Assembly: GCF_009914755.1 (NCBI RefSeq)
Contig: NC_060927.1
Reading direction: 5' to 3' (one strand)
Length of the DNA stretch: 64,000 bases
DNA from: the human T2T-CHM13v2.0 reference genome, Homo sapiens
Part shown: one piece after another, positions 1-11,789 of the stretch
Layout of the letters: every line of letters begins with the position of its first letter
How positions within the stretch are numbered: position 1 is the first letter of the stretch
Notes under the pieces: generated by a model
What the model saw: the letters and a program-made list of their open reading frames with translations, nothing else
What the model was told of the DNA's origin: nothing
Database searches by the model: none
Program-made: the position numbers and the translations under genes

Positions 1-141
1 TTCTTGGATGTGTAGACAGTTTTTAACCAAATTTGGGAACTTTTCAGCTATCATTCCTTCAAACATTCTTATGCCCCTTTTTTTCCTTCTTTGTCACTGT
101 GACTCCCATTATATGTATGTTGATACGCTTGATGGTGTGTC

Positions 142-513
142 TGTCTTAGTCCATTTGAGCTACTATAACAAAAAAACCATAGACTGGGTGACTTGAACAA
201 CAAACATTTCTTACTCACAGTTCTGGAGTCTGGGAAGTCCAAGATCAAGCTGCCAGTAAATATGATGCCTGGTGAGGGCCTACTTCCTGGCTTATAAACA
301 ACCGTCTACTCACGATATCCTCACATGGCAGAAGGGCAGAGACAGAAAGAAGGCTCTCTCATAACTCTTCTAAGGGCAATACGACAGCTCCACCCTTATG
401 ACTTCATCTAATCCTAATTACCTCCTAAAGGCCCTACCTCCTAACACCATCACTTGGGCGTCAAAGGGTTTCAACACATAAATTTGAGGGTGACAAACAT
501 TCAGTTCATAACA
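142..513 (-). mobile_element. MLT1A-type MaLR solo LTR
   Basis: TG...CA termini (tgtcttagtcc ... cataaca), MLT1A-like body, exact 5-bp TSD GTGTC at 137-141 and 514-518. Confidence 0.9.
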
Positions 514-813
514 GTGTCACACATGTCTCTGAGGCTCTGTTCATTTTTCCTTGTTCCTTTTTCTGTTCCTCAGACTGAATAATTTCAATGGACCTATCTC
601 TGAGTTTGTTGCTTATTTACTTCTGACAGCTCAAATCTGCTGTTTGGAACCTCTTATAAATTTTTCAGTTTGGTGATGGTACTTTTCAAATCCAGAATTT
701 CTATTTGGTTCGTTTTTGTAATTTCTACCTTTTTCTTTATATTTTCTCTTTATTGAAACATTAGTCTCACACTTTATTTCTATAGGCCTGGTTTCCTTTA
801 GTTCTTAGAACAT

Positions 814-1044
814 TATTTATTTATTTATTTATTGTTTATTTATTTTTGAGACAGATCTCACTCTGTCATCCAGACTGGAGTGCAGTGGTGCAATCTCATC
901 TCACAGCAAACCCCGCCTCTCAGGCTCAAGGGATCCTTCCGCCTCAGCCTCCCAAGTAGCTATGTGCCACCATGCCAGCTAATTTTTAACCTTTTTTTGG
1001 TAGAGAGAAGGTCTCATTATATTGCCCAGGCTTGTCTCAAACTG
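814..1044 (-). mobile_element. 5'-truncated AluJ
   Basis: (TTTA)n tail, right arm and partial left arm; 13-bp TSD GTTCTTAGAACAT at 801-813 and 1045-1057. Confidence 0.9.
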
Positions 1045-2028
1045 GTTCTTAGAACATATTTTAAATAACTGATTTAAACTATTTTCTAGTAAGTACAATG
1101 CCTGGGCTTCCTTAGGGACAGTTTCTACCAATTGCCCATTTTTCCAGTGTATTAGTCATACTTTTTGTTTCTTACAATGTTTTGTTGAAATGTGGACATT
1201 TTAGATAATACAATATGGCAACTCTGAAAATCAGATGTCCTCTCCCAGTTTTTTTTTTTTAATTGTTGCTATTTGTCATTGTTGTTGTTTGTTTGTTTAT
1301 GACTTTTTTTCAACTAATTCTGCATTAGTCTAAATCTTTGTTGTCTGTGGCCACTGGTGTCCCTGCTCTGTTACTTTGTTAGGTATGGGTTGGAAAGATA
1401 TTTCCTCAAATATGTGGAACTTGTAGTCTCCCAGACTTTGCCAAGGGTGATGTACCTCTTCAACACTCAGATTGGCAGTTGACAATTCTGCCTTACCCTT
1501 CACTTTTTTCATGCAGAGCCTCAAGGTCAGACAGAGGTGAGAGCTTAGGGCTTTCACAGGTCTTCCCTTAACATGTACACAGCCCTGGCCATATGCACAG
1601 CTTTAGAGCACAGCCTGTAGATTTCCGGGAATAGGTCAGAGCTTTTCAAATCCTCTATGTGGACATCTCTTTCCTCAATTTTCCTTTTATGTTTTTGGTT
1701 AACCTATTGTTTGCCCTACTGTTATCCATTAGGCAGCTGCATAGTTTAATAGTTGATTCCCATCTTTTCCATAAATGCCCCTAAAGAAAAGGGGGTTCCA
1801 CTGAATGACTTCTGAATCAGGTGAAATAAAGAGAGCTTTGCAAGTGATGTCTTCCAGGGAACAAAAATAAAAGCCAAATAATGACAATTCTCTGATACTA
1901 AACTTTGAAGGAGCTCTAACCCTGTTCTGTTCTGTTCTGTCCCCTTCAGTGGATGCCTAGCTGCTAGTGTTTTTTTACCATGATTGTAGGATGCTAGTTT
2001 TTAAGACTACTGCACATTAGGTATGGGA

Positions 2029-2360
2029 GGAGTCCCCCGCTTACCCACGGTTTCACTTTCCATGGTCAACCATGGTCTGAAAATAGGTGAGTACAATACA
2101 ATAAGATATTTTGAGAGAAAGAAGAGATAAAGACAGAGAGCACATTCACATAATATTTGTCACAGTATATTGTTATGTGTTCTATTTTATGATTAGTTAT
2201 CGATAATCTCTTACTATGCCTAATTCATAAATTAAACTTTATGATAGGCACATATATATAGGAAAAAAACATTGTATATATAGGATTGGAGACTATCTGT
2301 GCTTCAGGCATTCACTGGGGATCTTGGAACATGTCCTGGGAAGATAAGGGGGAACTAATG
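2029..2360 (+). mobile_element. MER44A (TcMar-Tigger DNA transposon)
   Basis: agtcccccgcttacc ... gataagggggaacta terminal inverted repeats; internal aaataggtgagtacaatacaataagatattttgagag. Confidence 0.85.
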
Positions 2361-2513
2361 TGGAGCAAATTACATATCACCAAATTCACTGTTCTTACCA
2401 AGATTCAGCCGTTTTTCTTAAATTAATGCTTTCTGAATTGCCACAAGCCTTTTGTTAATTTCCAGAGTTCAGACAAAGTTTATTCTAATATTTTTTGCCA
2501 GTTTCTCTCTCTC

Positions 2514-2798
2514 TTTTTTTTTTTTTTTTGAGACAGAGTCTCCAGACTGAAGTGCAGTGGTGTGATCTCAACTCACTGCAAAGTCTGCCTCCTAGGTTCA
2601 AGTGATTCTCCTGCCTCAGGCTCCCAAGTAGCTGGGACTACAGGCACATGCTACCACACCCAACAATTTTTTTGTATTTTTAGTAGAGATGGGGTTTCAC
2701 TGTGTTAGCAAGTATGGTCTCGATCTCCTGACCTGTGATCCACCCGCCATGGCCTCCCAAAGTGCTGGGATTACAGACATAAGCCACTGTGCCTGGCC
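2514..2798 (-). mobile_element. AluS (Sc/Sc8-like)
   Basis: Near full-length antisense Alu with poly-T; gtgttagc...atggtctcgatctcctgacc; small deletion near its 3' end. Confidence 0.92.
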
Positions 2799-2874
2799 TT
2801 CTCATGGTTTTTATAGATGAGAGACTTTTAGATGTCCTTATTCCACCATTTTCATTGATGTCACTCCTGCAACA

Positions 2875-3345
2875 TGTGGAAGTTAACAGTAACAAAATAG
2901 TCATTTATGTGAAAACCCTAACCAAAATGAAGTCAGAGAGGGCCATGAAGAAGAAGCTGTCAGACGTGATTTCCTGAAATGCCTGCCCTGCTTGCTCTAT
3001 CTTGTAAACAGAGCAAGCAGAGCTCATCACAGGAATTTCCTCTGGCCTACAGTATTTCAGATAGTACCCTTGGACCAGGACAGTTGAACAGCAATGGCTT
3101 TCTTCCCTGATGGACTAACAGCAACTCCTGCAATGAGTGCCTGTAACCAATGAGCTTTCTTTCAAAGCAGTTTGCATGGGCTTCTCTTTGTCTTTAAAAA
3201 CTTCCCTTTGTCCTGAATTTCCTTGTGTGGGCCTATGATTTTCATAGCACATATATCCCCAGTTGCAACGCTTTGCAATTTGCAATTAAAATCTTTTGTT
3301 CTAGAGATGCTGTCTGTCTCTCTAAGGCTCTTTTTCAGGTTGACA
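2875..3345 (+). mobile_element. ERV1 LTR, MER34/MER39-like
   Basis: TG start, internal gtaaccaat and tttaaaaacttccc, ends ttttcaggttgaca like MER34-group LTRs. Confidence 0.55.
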
Positions 3346-3733
3346 AATTATTTTTTCTAACTAAACTTGTTTGCATCTTATTATAGACTTAGGCCTGGCC
3401 TGTAGAAGAAAATTTGCTTGATTTTAAAAACATAAAAAAAGAGACCACTTTGAATTTTATAGCTGTTCTCATTGGAGGCTTACTGAATTATTGGTAACTG
3501 ATATCCATAATTAATGGGCCACCTTATACTAAGGAATCAGAAGTTATATGCACCTATTCTGCAAAAGAGAGTCAAGAGATCTGTGGGAAAGCCAAGTCTT
3601 TAAAGTATCAAGTCACATAAGCTGAGAACTTTTCCATATAGAAGGCCAGCATCCATTTTATCAATTATAAACCACTGTAAAAAGTCATATCATCTTCCTA
3701 AAAATACTTCTTTTATATTAATTTTAAAACGTG

Positions 3734-4046
3734 GGCTGCGTGCAGTGGCTCATGCCTGTAATCCCAGCACTTTGGAAGGCCGAGGCAGGCAGAAGACCTG
3801 AGGCCAGGCCAGGGCGGATCACCTGAGACCAGCCTGGACAATATGGCAAAACCCTGTTTCTGCTAAAAATACAAAAATTGGCTGGGTGTGATGGCGCACA
3901 CCTGTAATCCCAGCTACTCAGGAGGCTGAGGCAGGAGAAGCACTTGAACCTGGGAGGCGGAGGTTAAAGTGAGCCGAGATCATGCCACTGCACTCCAGCC
4001 TGGGCAACAGAGGGAGACTGTTTAAAAAAAAAAAAAAAAAAAAAAA
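3734..4046 (+). mobile_element. AluS with rearranged left arm
   Basis: ggctgcgtgcagtggctcatgcctgtaatccc through A23 tail. Confidence 0.92.
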
Positions 4047-4315
4047 GCTGAGTAAGGTGGCTCACCCGGCAGGCAGATCACTTGAGGTTAGGAGTTCAAG
4101 ACCACCTGGTCGACATGATGAAACCCCATCTCTACTAAACATACAAAAATTAGCCAGGTGCAGTGGCATGTGCCTATAATCCCAGCTACTTGGTGGGCTG
4201 AGGCAGGAGAATTGCTTGAACCCAGGAGGTGAGGTTGCAATGAGCCGAGATCATGCCTCTGTACTCCAACCTGGACAACAGAGCAAGATTCTCTCTCAAA
4301 AAAAAAAAAAAAAAA
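4047..4315 (+). mobile_element. AluS, directly tandem to the previous Alu, with left-arm deletion
   Basis: Alu body lacking gcctgtaatcccagcactttgggagg; A18 tail. Confidence 0.9.
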
Positions 4316-4319
4316 GTGA

Positions 4320-4635
4320 TCAGGGATTTCCAGGAATATGAAGTAAATGTACTTTTCCCTATTCCTCCTGCTAAGTACATCTAAATTCCCTGGATATTAT
4401 ATACAAAATGAACAAAAAATGCCATGAAAGATAGAGAGAAGAATGCAAACTAACTAGGGACCTCAGGACTTAAGGAACAACAAGGGAGTGAGTTCTCTGG
4501 GCTTACTTTTTGCCTTATATATCTAAGGCTTGGAGCTGAAGAAGCTAACAACCCAGAAACACCAAAAGAGGGAAAAAGTACCCACAAAAGCTTCTCTCTA
4601 ATCAGAGGACTGGGAAAGGGGCAGCTTAGCAAGAA
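4320..4635 (+). mobile_element. Old L1M 5' end fragment
   Basis: cttttccctattcctcctgctaagtaca ... agaggactgggaaaggggcagc resembles L1M4/L1MC 5' ends. Confidence 0.55.
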
Positions 4636-4960
4636 ATTTGGCCAATGAGAAGCACTAGTAGGAGATCAGGGGATGAGAAGAGAGAGAGGCCAGTGTTTTT
4701 ATTCCCTCAGCTCCTTATTAATATGGGGAAAAAAGGCTCAGCTCTCTTCCTCAATGTTAGATATCTCTACAGGATCATCATAGTTGAGAGTTCCCTGTGA
4801 GACCAGCTGAGTTTGCAACAACATTGCAGTTCAAGTTCTCCCTCTGCCCAATTTTGCCTCCCTCAGCCTTCACAGATGTTGCTCCCATGAGACACCTCAA
4901 TATACCACCAGCATACAAATTTCAGAGTTTCAGAGTCTCCTGGAATCTCAACCTGCCGCA
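4636..4960 (+). mobile_element. ERVL LTR fragments (LTR33/LTR16-like)
   Basis: ttggccaatgagaagcactag...ggagatcagggg and cattgcagttcaagttctccctctgcccaat. Confidence 0.5.
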
Positions 4961-5494
4961 ACTGGATTTAGCCAATGAACTAGGAATAACTGCATCCTGC
5001 ATGACATTTGAGACTCTGCGAAGGACACCTTTGGTTTTATTGACATCCTCTGACATCCAGCTTTCATATTATCCAAGTGTTGGCCTTCTCAGGTATCCCA
5101 GTGACATCGAAGCACCAGTCACCACATTATGAGGCACTGTGAGATCCCATTGTACTTTCTAAGTTATTAAAGCATGTTTCCTAACTTTCTGAAAGTTGTA
5201 TGAGATCCACTTACCCTGATTTACCTAGAACACCCATGTCATGAGACTTTAATCAAGAGCATTTGATTATTAAGATCCCATTTCTCAGATGAGGAAATTA
5301 ATGTCTGGGTTCACTGTGTGACCTCACTGAGCAAGCTGAATTTTTCAGCTCTGGGTGTTCCAAGAGTGCCACGAAGCCCTTGTTTTACCCCAAACGTTAG
5401 GCCCCATAAAATGACTGTCCACTGGACTGAAGATGTTATAGCATCATATTTAAAATCTCCATGGGATGATAGTGGGTGTCAGGCAAAAAATAAA

Positions 5495-5592
5495 AAGTGT
5501 TCTGTAGTCAAATAAGTCCGTGAAACGCTGGGTTAAACAAAAACAAACAGGTTTCTTTACTGCAAAGCATCTTGGTTCTTTTAATATGCTGT
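5495..5592 (+). mobile_element. MER103-like hAT fragment
   Basis: gtcaaataag...gaaacgctgggttaaacaaa...caggtttctttactgca. Confidence 0.65.
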
Positions 5593-5599
5593 ATCTATC

Positions 5600-6195
5600 C
5601 ATTTATTTAAAATTTATTTAGCCCATAACATGTGTTAGGCCCTCTTTTGGGTACTTGGGATATGTCAGTGAACCAAACAGATACAATTCTCTCACCTTGT
5701 AGAGTCTGCATTCTAACGAAGTCGTGGGGGAGACAACAAGCATAATAAATGGATAAATGATGTCATGTCTTAGATGATGATAAAACTATGGGTAGAAGAG
5801 AATAAAATGATAAAGAGTGTCCAGGGTAGAGTAAGGTGGGATTAAAATTTTAAATATGGTGGCCAAGATTAGACCTCATTGAGAAAGTGATGTTTAGTTG
5901 AAAATTTGAAGGGGCTGAGAGAATTGGCCACGTGGGAATCTAGGGAAGAGTATTTCAGGCACAGGAAGCAGTCAGTACAAAGGCCTTAGGCAGGCACAAA
6001 CATGGTGTGTTTCAAAGAATAGTAAATAGTGTGACTAGAGTGCAGAAAGGGAGGGGCAGGGAAGCAAGAGAGGAGGTCAGAGAGATCAGGGGAGGGGAAA
6101 GACCACAGGCCATGGTAGGGACGTTGGCTTTCCCTCTGGGTGAAATGGGGAGGCACTGAAGGGCTTTCAAAGCAGAAGAGTCACAGTCCACCTGG
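5600..6195 (-). mobile_element. L2 3' region
   Basis: Antisense L2 text (gggatatgtcagtgaac, gggaagagtatttcaggcacaggaagcag, cactgaagggctttc). Confidence 0.75.
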
Positions 6196-6199
6196 AAAA

Positions 6200-8150
6200 C
6201 GTAAGAAATCTTTAGATAAACAATGAAGACTGGTGCTTTTTCTCAGATTGCAGGAGATAAGCTTAAAAAAAAAAAACCCAAAAACAAAACCAAAACAAAA
6301 CCAAAAAACCCAGCAGTGCTTCTATACATAGAGCAAAAAAGAATTACAAAATAAAAATTTAAAAAGATACTAATTGAGTGGGAACAACAACAACAAAACT
6401 ATTTAGAAGTAAAACAAAAAAGACGAACAAGATTTTTAATAAACAAAATTCAAAATATTATTGAAAGACCTAGGAGGAAAAGATTGAAACAATGGGAAAA
6501 TGTACTATGATCATGCATAGAAAAATATAATCTGGTAAAGATGTCATTTGTCCCCTGAGAAATATAAATACAGCATAAATTTAATTAAACTCTCAAAGCA
6601 TTTCTTTTTATGTTTTAATTTGAGATAAGCTGATCTTAAAATTAATATGGAAAAGTAAAGGGCTAAGGAGACTCAAGATAATTCTGAAGAAGACTAAGGA
6701 GTGGGGATCTTACCCTACCATATGTCAAAGTTCATTATAAAGCTACAGTAATAAGATGCTATAATATTTGTCTAATGACACAAAGATTAACCAAAGGGAC
6801 AAAACAGAGAGCCCCAGAAATAGACTATACACACATGGAAAGGAAACGTGACAGGGATGGTATTACACATCAATAAAGGAAAGGCGGGTTATCCAATAAA
6901 TCATGCTGAAGATATAGATAATGCATGTGGGAATAAAATAGATCTTTATCTAATGCCATATCCAAAAATAATTTCTAGGTGAGCTCAAAAAAGGACTAAA
7001 TGTGAAGGACAAAACTTCAAAGTTTTTAAAGAAAATGTAGGAAAATATGACACTGGGATAGGAAATTTTTAAAAAAACAAGTCACTAAAATATAAACCAC
7101 ACAGGAAAATAATGGCATTTTTGTTATGTTAAATGTGAAATCTCCTGTTGCTGGTGAAGTGAGTTTGAAGCCAAGAGATGAGAGTTTAATTACCAGCCCA
7201 CCTGCAAAACAAACAATATCACAAATAAAGTACAAAAAATAAGACCACTGACTGTTAGAAGATATTTGTACATTGTTATTAAGAATTACTACCCAAAATT
7301 TCAGGTAGTACTTGCACAAATAACAAAAAGATCCAAAACCCAAGCAAAAAGTAAGTAAATGATATAAAAAGGCAGTTCCAAAAAGATATTCAAATAGCCA
7401 ATAAATATATGACAAGTTTTCAACCTTCTTATTAACCAGGGAAACACAAATTTAAACAAAAATGAGATACCATTCCTTGGATTGACAAATATGTAAAACA
7501 AAACAAAACAAAACAACTTGACAGTATTAATATTGACAAGGATCCTGGAGATTGGTGGTTTTTAATCATTGCTCGTCAAAATGTAAATTGCTACAACACT
7601 TTGTGAAGCAATCTTTTGATATTTAATGAAGTTAAAGGTGTTGATAGCCTGTGTCCTAGAATTCCTGCAATTCTTGTTAAAGGTGTATGCCTTGAAAAAC
7701 TCACACTTGTGCATAAGGGGTCCTGCACAAGGAGGGTTTATGCTTGCAAAAAGAAAAAAATGGAAACAGTGTAAATGTCCATATCAATGAAAGAATTGAT
7801 AAATAAATAGTAAAGTATTCATACAGAGCAGCAGCTAAAATTAATGAATTAGAGCCACATGTATAAACGTAATCTTAAAACCATAAGGTTAAATTAATAA
7901 AGCTAATAGAAAAATCCTACGTGCATTCTGATGCAATACCACAAATAAAAGGATTTAGAACAGGCAACACAGTAGATAGAATTTATTGTAGATAAATATA
8001 TGTTTTAAAAGTATAAAAATTTCCATAAGGAAAAATATAAATCAACTTGAGGATAATGTTTCCCTTCGGAGACGGAGTGGGAAAGAAGATCAGCGAGGAA
8101 GGCACAGATGCTGTGATTCTATCTGCAAGGTTTTGTTCTTAAAACCAAAA
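6200..8150 (+). mobile_element. Old L1ME/MC ORF2-3'UTR fragment
   Basis: A-rich degenerate ORF2 (taagctgatcttaaaattaatatggaaa, ttataaagctacagtaat, aaatgtaaattgctacaacacttt). Confidence 0.7.
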
Positions 8151-8974
8151 AACAAAATGAAAATGAAGAAAAATGTGTTCTCTGCCAAAATGAAAAAATT
8201 CACTCTCTGGACTACATAGAAGAAGGGACAAAGCTGAAGGGAAAATGAGGGAGCTGGAAAATCAAGCCATGCATACTGGAGCAGAAGTGACCAGGGATGA
8301 CAGTGTAGCCAGGAAGCTCTGATGGTTTTACGAAGTTTCCCAAAGTCTGCAGATGGTGCAACAGCACGGCCAGATATTTCCTATGTCTCCAAGGAGGAGG
8401 CATGAAAATGCTAGCAAAGAGAAAATATTAGTGGCCTTGAAGATGCTTTGAAGAGTACCTCAAGGAGAAGTAATAGCAGAGGTCAGTGTGAACACCCTAA
8501 CAGAAAACTAGACGGGAATGCAGAAGATTCAGAGGGTCCCAGTGTGAGGAGATAAAGAAATCTATGGGTGGTGGGATAATATAAGTTCAGCAAAGTCAGC
8601 ACAGGAAGGACCCATTGCCAGTTTCGCTGAGTCACAATGCCTCTATGCTTCGTAACTCCCCAAGTGGATACCAGCCAGAAAGTAAAAGGAGATACTTAAA
8701 GTGATGAATGGAGAAAAAAAATTATGAATTGAATGGAAAAAACCTGAATCGACTCATGTTAACCTTAATTAAGAAAAAACGAAGATCTAGATCATTAAGT
8801 GGTACAGAGATATGAGATAGCAATTCATTTTAATTATTATATAAGGAAAACAATCACATTTAGTCAAGAGAAAGAAGAAAACAAAAAAGAGGAAAAAGGA
8901 AATAATGAGGGAAGAGGAGGAGATTAGAGGAGAGATGGAAGGAAGAAAACATGGTGGCAGATACAGAGGATTCA

Positions 8975-9775
8975 CCTGGACTCATTAACGTGGACTTCTC
9001 CACTGTGGGTGCTGTGGTTACTGGTACCACTAAGTGCCTGCCAACAGCAGAGGCCAATGCTCATTCTTCAGTATCCACCATTCCCTAAGGAATTAATTAG
9101 CTCCCTTGTGGTGAGTAGAGTCCATTGGATCCCTTTCATCATACAGGAGGCAGAGATTTGTCCTCATTAGAAGAGATATAAGTCCCGCACATGAATTTGC
9201 ATTCCCTGCTCACAGTGCTTCTGCCAACTGCCCCATTTATGGACTTGTAAAATACCTTATTCACCATCATGGTATCTCTCATTCCTTCCAACAAAGGAAT
9301 TTGTTTGAGAGTAAGAGAAGCACAGCAATGGGCTCATGACCATGCACTTCATTGTCTTGCCATGTACCCCATCACCCAGAAGCAGCTGCCCTGGCAGAAG
9401 AGTAGCATGACCTCCCGAAGACTCCATCATGGCACCAGCTGGGAGACCATGAGCAGCTGGGGCGCTGCCCTCTGGGGTGTGATATATGCTTGAAACCAGC
9501 AACTGTTATGTATACCACATCTCCCAGAGCCACAGTAAACAGATTCAGGAGTCAAGGGGTGGCAGTGACAGTGGTCCGTCTCACTCGTGTAACTAAAAAC
9601 ACACATGCAGAATTTTCTATTCTACCCTTTACAAGGTTGGGCTCTGTTGGTCTAGGTTTTGTTCCCTGAGAGAAGAAGGCCTACACCAGGGCACTCAACA
9701 GTAGGCCCATTAAGTTGGAAGTTGGAACTGCCATGTGGCTATTTTGGGTTCTTGTGCCAACAAAACAAGACAGAG
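8975..9775 (+). mobile_element. ERVL (HERVL/HERV16-like) internal remnant: integrase core followed by dUTPase
   Basis: Peptides EAQQWAHDH (cf. ERVL EVRQWAHAH) and PGHSTVGPLSWKLELPCGYFG (cf. PGDTTTIPLNWKLRLPPGHFG); ccccatcacccagaagcagctg; frameshifted. Confidence 0.8.
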
Positions 9776-9779
9776 ATGA

Positions 9780-10439
9780 GATGGTGTACAGTTGTTTCTC
9801 CTTGCTTCTCCCCAGTAAGTACAACTATAAACTCTGGAAATGCCTCAACTATAAACTCTGAAATGGCCAACCAAAGGAGAACTCTAAACAGTGGAAAGAG
9901 GGAAGCTGATGGGTTGGGGACCCCACCACTGAAGGAACAACATGGAAGCAGGGCAGCTTAAGTCCCTCACCCATGGATCAGGATCCCTGATAACAATAAG
10001 CAGCCAAGAACAGCACTCTCCTTCCCCACTGGGCCTAAGACTTCCTAAGCCTCCCCTTCCAAGAGACACTTGGGCAGCCAGGCATCTCAGACAAGAGTGA
10101 TCTCATTGCAACAGGTGGCCCAGCCCCAGAAGTATCTTTGTCCCTGTGGGCTGGAGACTCCCCTCCTCCTCCTGGTGACTGGGTGGCCCTGGCAAGTGTA
10201 TCCCACCACAAGTGCCCCAGCCCAGAAAGCAATCTTTGCTTTTGTGAGCCAGAGACTTCCTTTCTCCCATTAGAGGCACCAGGTGGTTGAGATCTGGAAA
10301 AGCTCCTTCTGCCCGATAGGCAGCATCCAGGGATCAGTGGGAGCCCCAGTGGCACTAGACACACCCTCAGGACAAACTGCACAGCAAAGGCTCTGAAAAT
10401 TAAATTGTCATTGGAAGCAAAGCCCACAAAAGTAGACTT
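9780..10439 (+). mobile_element. Old L1M (L1M2/M3-type) 5' UTR fragment
   Basis: Similar to the 4320-4635 segment; ends aaggctctgaaaattaaattgtcattggaagcaaagcccacaaaagtag. Confidence 0.5.
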
Positions 10440-11760
10440 ATGACATTTATTGTTTTTTGACTTTTTAATAATGGACATTCTGGCTTGGGTAGGGGGTATC
10501 TCATTGGGGTTTTAATCTGCATTTCCTTGATGACTAGTGATGTTGAGCAGTATAATGTCTATGCATGTCATTTGCCCACTTTTTAATGGGATTATTTGTT
10601 TTTTCTTTGTGATTTGTTTCAGTTCCTTGTAGATTCTGGGTATTAGTCCTTAGTCAGATGCATAGACTGCAAATATTTCCTCCCATTCTGTAGGTTGTCT
10701 GCTTACTCTGATGATTATTTATTTTGCTGTGCTGAAGCTTTTTAGTTTAATCAGGTCCCATTTATTTATTTTTGCTCTTGTTGCATTTGCTTTTGGGGTT
10801 TTCATCATAAATTCTTTGCCTGGGCCAACGTCTAGAAGAGTTTTTCCTAGGTTTCCATCTAGAATTTTATGGTTTCAGGTTTTAAGTCTTTAATCCATCT
10901 TGAGTTAATTTTTGTATATGATAAGAGGTAGGGATCCAGTTTTATTCTTCTACATGCGGCTATCCACCTTTCTCAGCACCATTTACTGAATAGGGTGTCC
11001 TTTCCTCACTGTATGTTCTTGTATGCTTTGTTGAAGATCAGTTGTTTGTAAGTATTTGGCTTTATTTATGGGTTCTCTATTCCATTCCATTGGTCTATGT
11101 ATCTATTTTATACCAGTGCCATGTTGTTTTGATTACCATAGCCTTGTGGTATTCTTTGAAGTCAGGTAATGTGATGCCTCCAGATTTGTTCTTTTTCATT
11201 TAGATTGCTTTAGCTATTTGGGCTCCTTTTCAGTTCTATATGAATTTTAGGATTGTTTTTACTAATTCTGTGAAAAATGATATTGGTCTTTTGATAGCAA
11301 TTGCACTGAATCTGTAGATTGCTTTGGGTATTACTGTTGTTTTCACAATATTAATTCTTCCATCCATAAGCATGGGATGTATTTTCATTTGTTTGTGCCA
11401 TCTTTGACTTCTTTCAGCAGTGTTTTGTAGTTCTCTTTGTAGAGATCTTTGATCTCCTTGGTTAATTATTTGCCAAGGTTTTTTTTTTTTTTTGTAGCTA
11501 TTGTAAAAGGAATTGAGTTTTTTGACTCTCAGTTTGATCATTGTTGGTGTATAGCAGTGCTACTAATTTGTGTACATTGATTTTGTAACCTGAGACTTTA
11601 CTGAATTCATTTATCAGATCTAGGAGTCTTTCTGAAGAGTCTTTAGGGCTTTCTAGGTATATGATCATATCATTGGCAGAGATAATTTGACTTCCTCTTT
11701 TCCAATTTGGGTGTCTTTTATTTTTTTCTCCTGTCAGATTGCTCTGGCTAGGACTTCCAC
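10440..11760 (-). mobile_element. L1PB/L1MA ORF2 fragment
   Basis: Antisense ORFs with ORF2p reverse-transcriptase motifs ([31 protein letters not shown]...PKAIYRF). Confidence 0.9.
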
Positions 11761-11789
11761 ACTGCCAGTTTCTTACCACAGTACCTGTG

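Larger units (their letters stand above)
1..2500 (-). mobile_element. Old L1M (L1MB/MC/MD-type) ORF1/5' region, fragmented by MLT1A, AluJ and MER44A insertions
   Basis: Antisense L1 ORF1-like text (ttcttggatgtgtag, tctgaggctctgttcatttt, tccagaatttctatttggttc) that resumes across each nested insertion. Confidence 0.7.

Noticed and set aside
2050-2080. Repeated CCATGG palindromes
   Set aside because: Explained by CpG decay of CCGCGG motifs in the remembered MER44A consensus
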